This document shows positions 47,259 through 56,077 of a DNA stretch of 64,000 nucleotides, one piece after another. Within the stretch, counting starts at the first letter, position 1; the number at the start of each line of letters is the position of its first letter. The DNA comes from an uncultured Chloroflexia bacterium (GTDB taxonomy: Bacteria > Chloroflexota > Limnocylindria > Limnocylindrales > CSP1-4), in NCBI GenBank assembly GCA_963745295.1, contig CAVUWG010000003.1, positions 679,497 to 743,496 on the forward strand. Reading direction: 5' to 3'. A program made the position numbers and the translations under genes. Below the pieces are notes generated by a model. It was given only the letters and a program-made list of their open reading frames with translations. It had not been told where the DNA came from and made no database searches.

Positions 47259-48758
47259 GTGACCGTGGATGTACCCGGCTGGGTTCGCGACGCCGTCTTC
47301 TACGAGATCTTCCCCGATCGGTTCGCGGCCAGCGATCGGGTCCCCAAGCCCGGCGCCCTCGAGCCGTGGGATGCGCCGCCCACGTTCCACGGGTTCAAGG
47401 GCGGCGACCTGCTCGGGATCGTCGAGCATCTTGCCGACCTCGAGGACCTCGGGGTGACCGCCCTCTATCTCACGCCCGTCTTCCAGTCGGCATCCAATCA
47501 TCGATATCACGCCTACGACTACCTGGCCGTGGACCCACTGCTCGGCGGCGACGCGGCCCTGCGCACGCTCCTCGACGCGGCCCACGCCCGCGGGATGCGG
47601 GTGATCCTCGATGGCGTGTTCAACCACAGCGGTCGCGGCTTCTGGCCCTTCCACCACGTCCTGGAGAACGGCGCCACGTCGCCGTATCGGAACTGGTTCC
47701 ATTTCGATGGTGCCGCCCTGGACGCGGGCAGGCCGCTCGAGGCGTACCCGCCGCCAGGCGCCCCGCCGAGCGTTCTCGGCTACAAGGCCTGGTGGGGACT
47801 CGCGGCGCTGCCCAAGCTGAACACCGATGAACCGGGCGTTCGCGAGTACCTGCTCGGCGTCGCGGAGCATTGGCTGCGCTTCGGCATCGACGGCTGGCGC
47901 CTGGACGTGCCCGCCGAGATCGACGATCGGTCCTTCTGGCAGGAATTCCGCCGCCGCTGTCGCGCGATCCGGTCGGATGCGTACCTGGTCGGTGAGATCT
48001 GGCACGTCGCGCCCGAATGGCTGGAGGGCGACCGCTTCGATGCGCTGATGGGCTACCCGCTGGCGGAGGCGATCCTGGGCTTCGCGGGCGGGTCCCGCCT
48101 GGACATGGCCGTCGTCCGAAGCCACCAGGAGTTCGCGACGAGCCTCTGGCCCCTCGACGGACCCGCGTTCGGCAGCCGGCTCGTCGACCTCATGGCCGCC
48201 TACGAGCCATCGGTCGTGGCCGCGCAGTTGAACCTGCTCGGGTCGCACGACACGCCGCGGATGCGCACGATCCTGGGCGACGACCTCGCGGGCGTCCGTC
48301 TCGCGACACTCATCCAGATGACCCTGCCCGGCACGCCGTGCCTCTATTACGGCGACGAGATCGGGATGGCCGGGGGCAAGGACCCCGACTGTCGCCGGGC
48401 GTTCCCGTGGGACCAGGGCGCGTGGGATCAGGACCTTCGGACGTTCGTTCGGGGACTCATCAGGCTCCGGGCGACCGATCCGACGCTCCGGGCCGACGGC
48501 GTCGAGGTCGTGGCCGCTGCCGGCGGCGCGGTCGCGTACCAGCGGCGACTCGACGACCGGCGAACGGTCGTGGCCGTCAACGCCGGCGATGACCCGGCGC
48601 GGCTCGAGATCCGGCTCGACGTCGCCGACGGCACCCGCCTGCAGCCGGTCGAGCTGCCTGGGGGGTTCGGGGCGGTCGGGGACGGTCCGGTGACGTCCGG
48701 TGGGGTCGCGGTCGTCGAGCTTGGCCCGCGGAGTGGTTCCATCCTCGGCGCGGGCTAG
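47259..48758 (+). CDS. GH13 alpha-amylase-family glycosidase (neopullulanase/cyclomaltodextrinase-like)
   Basis: GTG 47259, with AGGAG 11 nt upstream, within ORF 47121..48758. Motifs VFYEIFPDRF, GGDLLGIVEHLADLEDLGVTALYLTP, VILDGVFNH, GWRLDV, GEIW and LLGSHD. Confidence 0.9.
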   Translation: MTVDVPGWVRDAVFYEIFPDRFAASDRVPKPGALEPWDAPPTFHGFKGGDLLGIVEHLADLEDLGVTALYLTPVFQSASNHRYHAYDYLAVDPLLGGDAALRTLLDAAHARGMRVILDGVFNHSGRGFWPFHHVLENGATSPYRNWFHFDGAALDAGRPLEAYPPPGAPPSVLGYKAWWGLAALPKLNTDEPGVREYLLGVAEHWLRFGIDGWRLDVPAEIDDRSFWQEFRRRCRAIRSDAYLVGEIWHVAPEWLEGDRFDALMGYPLAEAILGFAGGSRLDMAVVRSHQEFATSLWPLDGPAFGSRLVDLMAAYEPSVVAAQLNLLGSHDTPRMRTILGDDLAGVRLATLIQMTLPGTPCLYYGDEIGMAGGKDPDCRRAFPWDQGAWDQDLRTFVRGLIRLRATDPTLRADGVEVVAAAGGAVAYQRRLDDRRTVVAVNAGDDPARLEIRLDVADGTRLQPVELPGGFGAVGDGPVTSGGVAVVELGPRSGSILGAG

Positions 48759-48782
48759 TCGCGACCCTATACTCGCCGCTCG

Positions 48783-49415
48783 ATGGCGGATGTCCCTCTC
48801 GAGCTAGACGCTGTTCTGGAGGGTCGGCTGGCGCGCGCCCTCGACGTCGAGGGCAAGATCCCCCGGACCCTTGAAGCCCTCGGACCCATCAGGGGGCGTG
48901 ACGTCGTCCTCGTCGACGGCGACGGGTCAGCGACACCGGACGGGATCCGTGCCCGACAACTCCGCGAGCTCGACGCTCACCTGACCGTCACCGGATGGGG
49001 CGATCTGCCGCGTTCGGAGGTGCCCGATGCCTCGGCTGACGTCGTGATCGGGTACTGGAGCGCGTTCCGTGGGACCGATCCGGCCGAACTCGACGAGGCC
49101 GGCCGGATCCTGCGACCGGGTGGCCGGCTCCTGGCGGTCCACGACTACGGCCGCGACGATGTCTCGAGGCTCCTTGGCGAGCGTCCGGAGTACGTGAGCT
49201 GGAGCCGTCGCGACGGGCCGTTCCTCAAGCGAGGCTTCAAGATCCGGGTCGTCCATTGCTTCTGGACGTTCGATTCGATCGAGGACGGCCGCGACTTCCT
49301 CGAGGCCGCGTTCGGGGCCGTGGGTCGCGACGTCGGAGCCGAGATGACGAGGCCGCGGCTGAGCTACAACCTCGCGGTCTACCACCGCACGTTCGAGGGC
49401 GCGGGCGGGGCCTGA
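48783..49415 (+). CDS. class-I SAM-methyltransferase-like protein
   Basis: 210-aa ORF with a degenerate motif I (VVLVDGDG) and ILRPGGRLLAV. Tentative. Confidence 0.5.
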   Translation: MADVPLELDAVLEGRLARALDVEGKIPRTLEALGPIRGRDVVLVDGDGSATPDGIRARQLRELDAHLTVTGWGDLPRSEVPDASADVVIGYWSAFRGTDPAELDEAGRILRPGGRLLAVHDYGRDDVSRLLGERPEYVSWSRRDGPFLKRGFKIRVVHCFWTFDSIEDGRDFLEAAFGAVGRDVGAEMTRPRLSYNLAVYHRTFEGAGGA

Positions 49416-49534
49416 CGCGAGAGGCTGCTAGGCTTGCCGCCGTGTCGATCTCCGGCCAGGCGCGGCCGTCTTCGCGCCCTCCCACCGAATCGCGCGCCCG
49501 GCCCGCCGGCCGGCGCCTGTCGCCTGGCGCGATC

Positions 49535-49816
49535 ATGCTCGCGATCGCCCTCGTCGGCTCGCTCGCGTATGGCGTCTATGCGCTGACCAACCGGGACGCC
49601 TCGATCCCGTTGCTGGCGTCAGGGGCCGTCGTGCTCGGCATCGTCTTCGGGGCGCTGGCCGTCTACTGCCTGCGCTCGGTCTGGCAGGCCGGCCTCGACG
49701 GGCGCGATGGCCGGGCGATCACGCTGGGCGTGGTCGGCGGCGTCGCCGCGATGGTCGCCGCGGGCTGCGCAGCGGCCGCGATCATCCTGTTCCAGCTCAT
49801 CAGCCCGCCGGCCTGA
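49535..49816 (+). CDS. small 3-TM membrane protein, hypothetical
   Basis: ATG 49535 within ORF 49256..49816: MLAIALVGSLAYGVYAL...VVLGIVFGALAVYCL...VGGVAAMVAAGCAAAAIILF. An earlier GTG start is possible. Confidence 0.5.
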   Translation: MLAIALVGSLAYGVYALTNRDASIPLLASGAVVLGIVFGALAVYCLRSVWQAGLDGRDGRAITLGVVGGVAAMVAAGCAAAAIILFQLISPPA

Positions 49817-49893
49817 TGTCGCCCCAAGGGGCGGTGGTCGGCGGCCGCGCACGGGCCCTCCTGCTAGACTCGGACAGGCCCGCCGCCGCCCTC

Positions 49894-49967
49894 GCCCCCA
49901 TCGTCTAGAGGCCTAGGACGCCACCCTTTCAAGGTGGAGATCAGGGGTTCGAATCCCCTTGGGGGCA
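49894..49967 (+). tRNA. tRNA-Glu: tRNA-Glu (anticodon UUC)
   Basis: Folded by eye. Acceptor GCCCCCA/TGGGGGC, anticodon stem CCACC/GGTGG with loop CTTTCAA, T-arm AGGGG-TTCGAAT-CCCCT, discriminator A. CCA is not encoded. TAGACT lies ~25 nt upstream. Confidence 0.95.
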
Positions 49968-50043
49968 CTCCTACCGAACGGCAGGGCTGCCCCGGTGCGA
50001 CGCCCGCTCGCTCGCTCACGCTCCTTGCTACCATCGCCGGGCG

Positions 50044-50397
50044 ATGGACATCATGGGCATCCGCATCAACACGATCGTCGAGGACAACGTCGCGCGCCGC
50101 TGCGACGGCTGCCACGAGGTCATCGACGGCACCCCCTGGCGGATCAATCTGCTCGACATCGTCGCGGCCGAGACGCCGGTCTCGTGGGCCGAGCGCCCGC
50201 TGATGAACCCGGGTCCGTTCCAGTTCCACTCCGACCCGGCGCACGTCCGGACGTGGATGGCCGCGAAGGGATATCGCTTCTGCCGCCGCGGCCAGGTCCG
50301 CGAGATCATGCGTCCCGTCCCGATCCCCGGCGAGACCGTCGGGTGGGGCCTGTGCGACGGCATCCATCGCGACGATCACGAGTTCGTGCCCGCCTGA
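50044..50397 (+). CDS. hypothetical Cys/His-containing protein
   Basis: 117-aa ORF with very high GC3 and a CDGCH motif. No family recognised. Confidence 0.65.
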   Translation: MDIMGIRINTIVEDNVARRCDGCHEVIDGTPWRINLLDIVAAETPVSWAERPLMNPGPFQFHSDPAHVRTWMAAKGYRFCRRGQVREIMRPVPIPGETVGWGLCDGIHRDDHEFVPA

Positions 50398-50430
50398 TCG
50401 CGCCGGTCCGCGGCGGGCCTCACAGGGCGT

Positions 50431-50460
50431 TTGACAGCCCATCGGCGGCGAGCCTATCCT
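50431..50460 (+). promoter_or_regulatory. candidate promoter
   Basis: TTGACA (50431-50436), 18 nt, TATCCT (50455-50460). Two GCCTAGA copies follow, 10 bp apart (50487-50493 and 50497-50503). Confidence 0.4.
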
Positions 50461-50544
50461 CCGCCCGCTCGCCTCGTGACGGCGATGCCTAGATTCGCCT
50501 AGAATTCGTCTCCGTCCCGTCCTGTCTGCCCGCCCCGAGGCCCG

Positions 50545-51255
50545 ATGTCAGCTTCCGCCCAGGCCCCGACCCCGAACGCGTCGACCTGGCTGTCGCTGGG
50601 CCCGGCGAGCCGGCTCCTGGGCGTGGATCCGGGCACCCTTCGCCGATGGGCCGACGACGGCCGCATCGCCGTCTACACGACCCCGGGTGGCCATCGACGG
50701 TTCGACCGGCGCGCGCTGGAACGCCTCGCCTCCGAGCGACGCCCCGGAAGCGGCCGGCGCACGACGCGGCCACCCTCCCGCTCCCTGACCAGCATGGGCA
50801 CGACGCCCGAGCGACTCCGGCGGGTCTACCGCCGGAGCTACAGCGCCGCCTCGTCGGCGACGGGTCCCGCAGCCGTGGCCGACCCCACCCGGACCGCGGT
50901 GGACGATGCGGACCGGGCCGCCTACCGCCAGGACGGCCGCCAGCTCGTGACCGCCCTGGTCGCCTATCTCGACGCCGACCCGCTCGATCGAACGGCTCGC
51001 AGCATCGCCGAGGCCGAGGCCGTCACCCTCGTCGACGAGCTAGCCCGCCGGCTGGCGGCCTCGCGGACCAGCCTGACCGAGGCGGTCGCGTTGTTCGTGG
51101 CGTCCCGCCGCCCGTTCCTGACGGAGCTGTCCGGGCTCGGCCGGCGGCGGATGCTCGATCCGGGGCGTCTCGGTGGCCTTTACGAGGACGCCTCGAGTCT
51201 GCTCGATCGACTGCTATTGCGCCTCATCGCGACCCACCAGGAGGCGTCGCGCTAG
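50545..51255 (+). CDS. MerR/excisionase-type HTH regulator with helical C-terminal domain
   Basis: 236-aa ORF with WLSLGPASRLLGVDPGTLRRWADDGRIAVYTTPGGHRRF. Confidence 0.75.
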   Translation: MSASAQAPTPNASTWLSLGPASRLLGVDPGTLRRWADDGRIAVYTTPGGHRRFDRRALERLASERRPGSGRRTTRPPSRSLTSMGTTPERLRRVYRRSYSAASSATGPAAVADPTRTAVDDADRAAYRQDGRQLVTALVAYLDADPLDRTARSIAEAEAVTLVDELARRLAASRTSLTEAVALFVASRRPFLTELSGLGRRRMLDPGRLGGLYEDASSLLDRLLLRLIATHQEASR

Positions 51256-51257
51256 GC

Positions 51258-52367
51258 ATGGACCCGCGCATCGTGCTGCCGGCGCTCACCTCGATCCTGG
51301 CCCTCGTGTTCGCCGTGGCCCTGTTCGACCAATGGCGCGAGCGGCGCGGCACGTTCCAGATCGTCTGGACGCTCGGGATGCTCTTCTACGGCATCGCGTC
51401 CGCGTGCGAGGCGATCGGTGGTGCATCCGGCTGGAACGAGACGCTGTACCGGACCTGGTATCTCACCGGCGCCGTCTGGACGGCCGGTTGGCTGGGGCTG
51501 GGCACGGCCGTCCTGCTGGGTCGGACGCGATTTGGCTACAGCTTCGCGTTCTCGCTCTTCTTCGCCGGCATGATCACGTTCTTCCTGCGCAACAGCCCGC
51601 AGTACCAGGGTGCCGGCACGCTGCCGCTCCTGTACTTCATCGCGGCCGGTCTCCTGGCTCTCGCGGTCGCGGTCGAGACCTACTTCCAGAACGAACGATG
51701 GCCGCGGCTCGCCGTGGGGGCGGTGCTGGGGGCGACGATCCTGTCGGTCGTGCTCATGGCGTCGACGACCCTGGCCGCGCCCGGCTTCATCCTGGATCCC
51801 GAGACGGGCGTGCCCGTGGCGACGCTCTTCCCGCCGCAACTTCGACTCCTCACCCCCTTCATGAACATCACCGGGGCGCTGGCGCTCATCCTCGGCGCCA
51901 TCTTCTCGGCCTATGTGTTCATGCCGAAGCGCCGAGTCCTCGCGTACTCGCTCGATCCGAACCAGCCCGGCGACGAGTTCCTGTTCAACCTCCTGATCGC
52001 GCCGGTCGCGATCGTCGTCAACCTCGTCGCATCGTTGCCGGGTGCCGTCCGCGCGCTGTTCGCCGGTCGACTCCACACCCGGGTGCCCGCCACGCTCCTC
52101 ATCGCCATCGGGGGCATCGTCGCGGGCACCGGCGACACGCTGAGCCGCTTCGGCGTGACCAGCTTCTTCCAGTCGGGCAAGTTCATCGGCGTCGTGTTCC
52201 TGTTCGCCGGCTTTCTCATCTCGGTCGAGGTCTTCCGCACGATCCGGATCCCGTTCACCTCGATCACCTTCGCGGCCGGTCGTCACGAATCGGCGACCGC
52301 CAGCCGGCTGGTCGACGTCAACGAGACGCCCGCCGACCGCCCGGCCGAGGCGACCGGCGCCGGCTGA
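51258..52367 (+). CDS. polytopic membrane protein, unknown family
   Basis: ATG 51258 within ORF 50646..52367, 2 nt after the regulator stop. About 10 TM helices. Confidence 0.75.
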   Translation: MDPRIVLPALTSILALVFAVALFDQWRERRGTFQIVWTLGMLFYGIASACEAIGGASGWNETLYRTWYLTGAVWTAGWLGLGTAVLLGRTRFGYSFAFSLFFAGMITFFLRNSPQYQGAGTLPLLYFIAAGLLALAVAVETYFQNERWPRLAVGAVLGATILSVVLMASTTLAAPGFILDPETGVPVATLFPPQLRLLTPFMNITGALALILGAIFSAYVFMPKRRVLAYSLDPNQPGDEFLFNLLIAPVAIVVNLVASLPGAVRALFAGRLHTRVPATLLIAIGGIVAGTGDTLSRFGVTSFFQSGKFIGVVFLFAGFLISVEVFRTIRIPFTSITFAAGRHESATASRLVDVNETPADRPAEATGAG

Positions 52368-52435
52368 CTTCGTCGACTCGCGCGACATCGGGTGGCGTGG
52401 CCACGACCCGCGCGACGCCGTCCTACCATGGCCCG

Positions 52436-53491
52436 ATGCCGCCAGACGACGGGCCGCGCTCGCCCGCGCCGAACCCGACCTCGACCGGGACGTCACCCGC
52501 GATCACGCCCGCGTTCGGGTTCGTCATCGTGCTCGGCGCAGCGACCCTCTTCGGGACCCTCGGACCGCTTTCGCGGTTCGCCTACGAGGCCGGCATGGAG
52601 CCCGCCGCGTTCGTCGCCTGGCGGGCACTCATCGGGGTCGGCGGCACGCTCGCCTTCGTCGTGTGGCGGCTCGCGCGAGGCTCGGTTCGCCTCGTCCACC
52701 TCGGCACCCTGCCGCGGCGCGTGCAGCTGACGCTGTTCGTGGCCGGCGTGACCGGCTTCACCCTGAACCTGTGCATGTTCATCGCCTTCGACCGGATCAC
52801 CGTGGCCCTGGCACTGCTCGGCTTCTACACGTACCCGGCGCTCGTCGCGATCGCCAACGTGGTGCTGGGCCGGGAGCGACTCGATACGCCGCGCGTGGTG
52901 GCGCTCGGGCTGGCGCTGCTGGGGATGGTGGCCGTGGTCGCCTCACAGCTGGACCCGAGCGCCGGGATCCGGTTCGATGCGCTGGGCTTCGGCCTGGCAC
53001 TCGCCGCGGCCCTCAGCCAGATGGTCTTCGTCATCATCAGCCGCGATGGCTACCGGGAGGTCCCGACCGAACAGGCCATGACGACGGTGCTGCTCGTGAC
53101 GGTCGTGGGGGCGACGGCCCTGGCCGTCATGACCGGCAACGCCGACTCGCTGGCGTTGCCGGTCCAGGAGCCGTCGATCCTGCCGTTGCTGCTCTTCACG
53201 GGGATCTTCGCGGCGGCCATCCCGTCGCTCGCGTTCCTGACCGGGATCCGGGTCATCGGGGGGACGCGGGCCGGCATCCTGATGCTGTTCGAACCGGTCG
53301 TCGGGGTCGTCCTGGCGGCGTGGCTCCTGGGCGAGGCGTTGGCGCCCATCCAGCTGGTCGGAGCGATCGCGATCCTCGCAGCTGCGGTCATCCTCCAACG
53401 CGGTTCGTCGGGGGTCATCGAGGCCGAGTCCGCGGCCGGAGGCATGCCATTCGACGATGGACGGGCCCTGCGCGTGCCCGGTGGACCATAG
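52436..53491 (+). CDS. EamA/DMT-family transporter
   Basis: ATG 52436 within ORF 51173..53491. Ten TM helices in two EamA-like halves. Confidence 0.85.
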   Translation: MPPDDGPRSPAPNPTSTGTSPAITPAFGFVIVLGAATLFGTLGPLSRFAYEAGMEPAAFVAWRALIGVGGTLAFVVWRLARGSVRLVHLGTLPRRVQLTLFVAGVTGFTLNLCMFIAFDRITVALALLGFYTYPALVAIANVVLGRERLDTPRVVALGLALLGMVAVVASQLDPSAGIRFDALGFGLALAAALSQMVFVIISRDGYREVPTEQAMTTVLLVTVVGATALAVMTGNADSLALPVQEPSILPLLLFTGIFAAAIPSLAFLTGIRVIGGTRAGILMLFEPVVGVVLAAWLLGEALAPIQLVGAIAILAAAVILQRGSSGVIEAESAAGGMPFDDGRALRVPGGP

Positions 53492-53495
53492 ACCG

Positions 53496-54227
53496 ATGGC
53501 CGATCGGATCCGGATCCTGCTCGTCGATGACCATGCGATGGTCCGTCGCGGCATGCGCGACTTCCTGGCGCTCCACGACGACCTCGAGGTCGTCGGCGAG
53601 GCGGCCGACGGGCTGGCGGCGTTGGCGGCGACCGCCGAACTGGCACCGGACGTCGTGATCATGGACCTGCTGATGCCCGAGATGGACGGGATCGCCGCCA
53701 CGGCCGAGATCAAGGCCCGGCACCCCGCGGTCGAGGTCATCGCCCTCACGAGCTTCGTCGACGAGGACCGCGTCACGGCCGCGATCGAGGCCGGCGCGAG
53801 CGGCTTCCTGCTCAAGGACGCCGAGGCCGACGACCTCGCGGCCGCGATCCGTGCGGCGATGGCCGGCGAGGTCCACCTCGATCCCGCCGTGGCCGGGATC
53901 GTCGCGCGCGGGATGCGTGACCGCTCAGGACCGGCCGCCAGATCCGGCTCGGCGGGCGGTGGCGTCCCGGGCGGCGGCGGCGCCGCCGGGCCGACCCGTG
54001 GCCGGGGGAGTGCCCGCGCCAGCCTGGCGACCCTGACGGGCCGGGAACGTGACGTCCTCGCCGGGGTCGCGCGCGGGCTGTCGAACAAGGCCATCGCCGA
54101 CGAGCTGGGCATGGCCGAGCGGACGGCCCGGACCCACGTCTCGAACATCCTCGCCAAGCTGGGCCTCACCAGCCGGACACAGGCGGCCCTGTTCGCGGTC
54201 CAGCACGGGTTGGGCCCGGGTCGATGA
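53496..54227 (+). CDS. NarL/LuxR-family response regulator
   Basis: ATG 53496 within ORF 53457..54227. Receiver motifs ILLVDDH, DVVIMDLLMPEMDG and LTS. C-terminal LuxR HTH (LTGRERDVLAGVARGLSNKAIADELGMAERTARTHVSNILAKL). Confidence 0.92.
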   Translation: MADRIRILLVDDHAMVRRGMRDFLALHDDLEVVGEAADGLAALAATAELAPDVVIMDLLMPEMDGIAATAEIKARHPAVEVIALTSFVDEDRVTAAIEAGASGFLLKDAEADDLAAAIRAAMAGEVHLDPAVAGIVARGMRDRSGPAARSGSAGGGVPGGGGAAGPTRGRGSARASLATLTGRERDVLAGVARGLSNKAIADELGMAERTARTHVSNILAKLGLTSRTQAALFAVQHGLGPGR

Positions 54228-55006
54228 CGACGGGCGTCGGCGCGCCCGATCCCTCGACCACCTATGACGTCGCGGGGCCGATCGGCGCGCCCGCGATCGT
54301 CTTCCTCCACGGGACGCGGTTGACGCGGACGGCCTGGGCGGCGCAGATGGCCGCGCTGTCCGACGACTTCCGCACGATCGCGATCGACCTGCCCGGGCAC
54401 GGCGTCCTCGCGGACGAGCCGTTCACCCTCTCGGGCGCCGCCGGCCGACTGGCCGAGGTCATCGACCGCGAAGGTGGCGGGCGTGCCGTCGTCGTCGGAC
54501 TGTCGCTGGGTGGGTTCGTCGCGATGGAGCTCGCCGCGAGCTCGCCAGAGCGCGTCCGCGGTCTCGTCATCGCCGGAGCGACCGTCGAACCGACCGGTGC
54601 GGGCCGCCTCGCGATCCTCGCGCTCGCCTGGGGCCTCGCCATCTTCGACGGGCGAGGGCTGACCGCCGTCAGCCACCGGTACTTCCGCGCCCGGTTTCCG
54701 CCGGGCATCGCCGAGCCGATCATCGCCGGCGGGTTGTTCTCGCGCGGCGGCTCGCTCGCCCTGCGGTCCATCGTCGGCGAGCGGTTCGTGCCCAGACTGG
54801 CGGCGTACCCGGGTCGGACGCTCATCCTCGAAGGCTCGCTCGACGTGCCGTTGCGGCTGATGGAGCGGACCTTCCTGCGCACCGCCCGTCATGGCCAGCT
54901 GGTCCGGATCGCCGGCGCGAGTCACCTCTCGAACCTGGACCGCCCGGCTGCCTTCAGCGAGGCCGTCCGTCGGTTCGCCCGCTCCCTTGGCCCGGCCGAT
55001 CGGTGA
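54224..55006 (+). CDS. alpha/beta hydrolase
   Basis: 260-aa ORF with FLHG and a nucleophile elbow GLSLGG. Confidence 0.85.
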   Translation: MTTGVGAPDPSTTYDVAGPIGAPAIVFLHGTRLTRTAWAAQMAALSDDFRTIAIDLPGHGVLADEPFTLSGAAGRLAEVIDREGGGRAVVVGLSLGGFVAMELAASSPERVRGLVIAGATVEPTGAGRLAILALAWGLAIFDGRGLTAVSHRYFRARFPPGIAEPIIAGGLFSRGGSLALRSIVGERFVPRLAAYPGRTLILEGSLDVPLRLMERTFLRTARHGQLVRIAGASHLSNLDRPAAFSEAVRRFARSLGPADR

Positions 55007-55102
55007 GTTCCTGCGGCCCGGACCGGACCGGCTGAGCCGGTCCGACAGGGGCCTCGCGGTATACTGGCTCGACCTTCCCCACCCGCCCATCGCGAGGTCC
55101 GA

Positions 55103-55981
55103 TTGCGCGTTCGAAAGGCTGTCTTCCCCGCCGCGGGCTGGGGTACACGCTTCCTGCCCGCCACCAAGGCGCAGCCCAAGGAGATGCTGCCGCTGGTCGA
55201 CAAGCCGATCATCCAGTACGCGGTCGAGGAGGCCGTCGCCGCCGGGATCGAGCAGGTCATCATCGTCACCTCCAGCCAGAAGCGGGCGATCGAGGACCAC
55301 TTCGACCTCTCGTACGAACTCGAGCACCTGCTCGAGGAGAAGGGCGACATCGAGATGCTCCGCCAGGTCCGCGCGATCAGCGACTTGGCCCAGGTCGCGT
55401 ACGTCCGCCAGAAGGAGCAGCTGGGTCTCGGGCACGCCGTGCTCATGGCCAAGGACCTCATCGGCCACGAGCCGTTCGCGGTGATCCTGCCCGATGACGT
55501 GGTCGTCGGGGACCGGCCCTGCATCGGCCAGCTCATCCACGCCTACACGCAGACGCACAGCTCGGTCGTCGCCGTCATGGAGGTCCCGCACGAGGAGACC
55601 AGCCGCTACGGCGTCATCGCCTCGGAGCCCTCGGTCGATCCGCTCGACCACGGCCGGCTGCATCGCGTGACCCGGCTCGTCGAGAAGCCCGCGCCCGAGG
55701 ACGCGCCGTCGAACCTGGCCATCATCGGCCGCTACGTGCTCACGCCGAAGATCTTCGACAAGCTCGAGCAGACCCAACGCGGCGCCAACGGCGAGATCCA
55801 GCTGACCGACGCGATCGCCGAGCTCATGCAGGAGCAGGCGGTCTACGCGTACGAGTTCGAGGGGATCCGCTACGACGCCGGGACCACGATGGGCTGGTTG
55901 AAGGCCTCGGTCGAGCTCGCCCTCCAGCGGCCAGACCTCGCAACGGAGTTCCGCGCCTACCTCCAGGAGCTCCAGCTCTGA
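55103..55981 (+). CDS. galU: UTP--glucose-1-phosphate uridylyltransferase
   Basis: 292-aa ORF (TTG start) with KAVFPAAGWGTRFLPATKAQPKEMLP and VEKP. Confidence 0.95.
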   Translation: MRVRKAVFPAAGWGTRFLPATKAQPKEMLPLVDKPIIQYAVEEAVAAGIEQVIIVTSSQKRAIEDHFDLSYELEHLLEEKGDIEMLRQVRAISDLAQVAYVRQKEQLGLGHAVLMAKDLIGHEPFAVILPDDVVVGDRPCIGQLIHAYTQTHSSVVAVMEVPHEETSRYGVIASEPSVDPLDHGRLHRVTRLVEKPAPEDAPSNLAIIGRYVLTPKIFDKLEQTQRGANGEIQLTDAIAELMQEQAVYAYEFEGIRYDAGTTMGWLKASVELALQRPDLATEFRAYLQELQL

Positions 55982-56077
55982 GGTGCCCCGCCCGGACGAC
56001 AGACACCCCGGCGCCATGGGGTACGATGCCGCCCGACGCGCCGAGTCTCGTCGGCGCCTGACGAGGGGATAGACGGT

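Noticed and set aside
49894-52400. Possible integrative element at tRNA-Glu
   Set aside because: No integrase, recombinase or excisionase-plus-integrase pair is present. I found no duplicated copy of the tRNA 3' end downstream. The GC content of the following genes is host-like.
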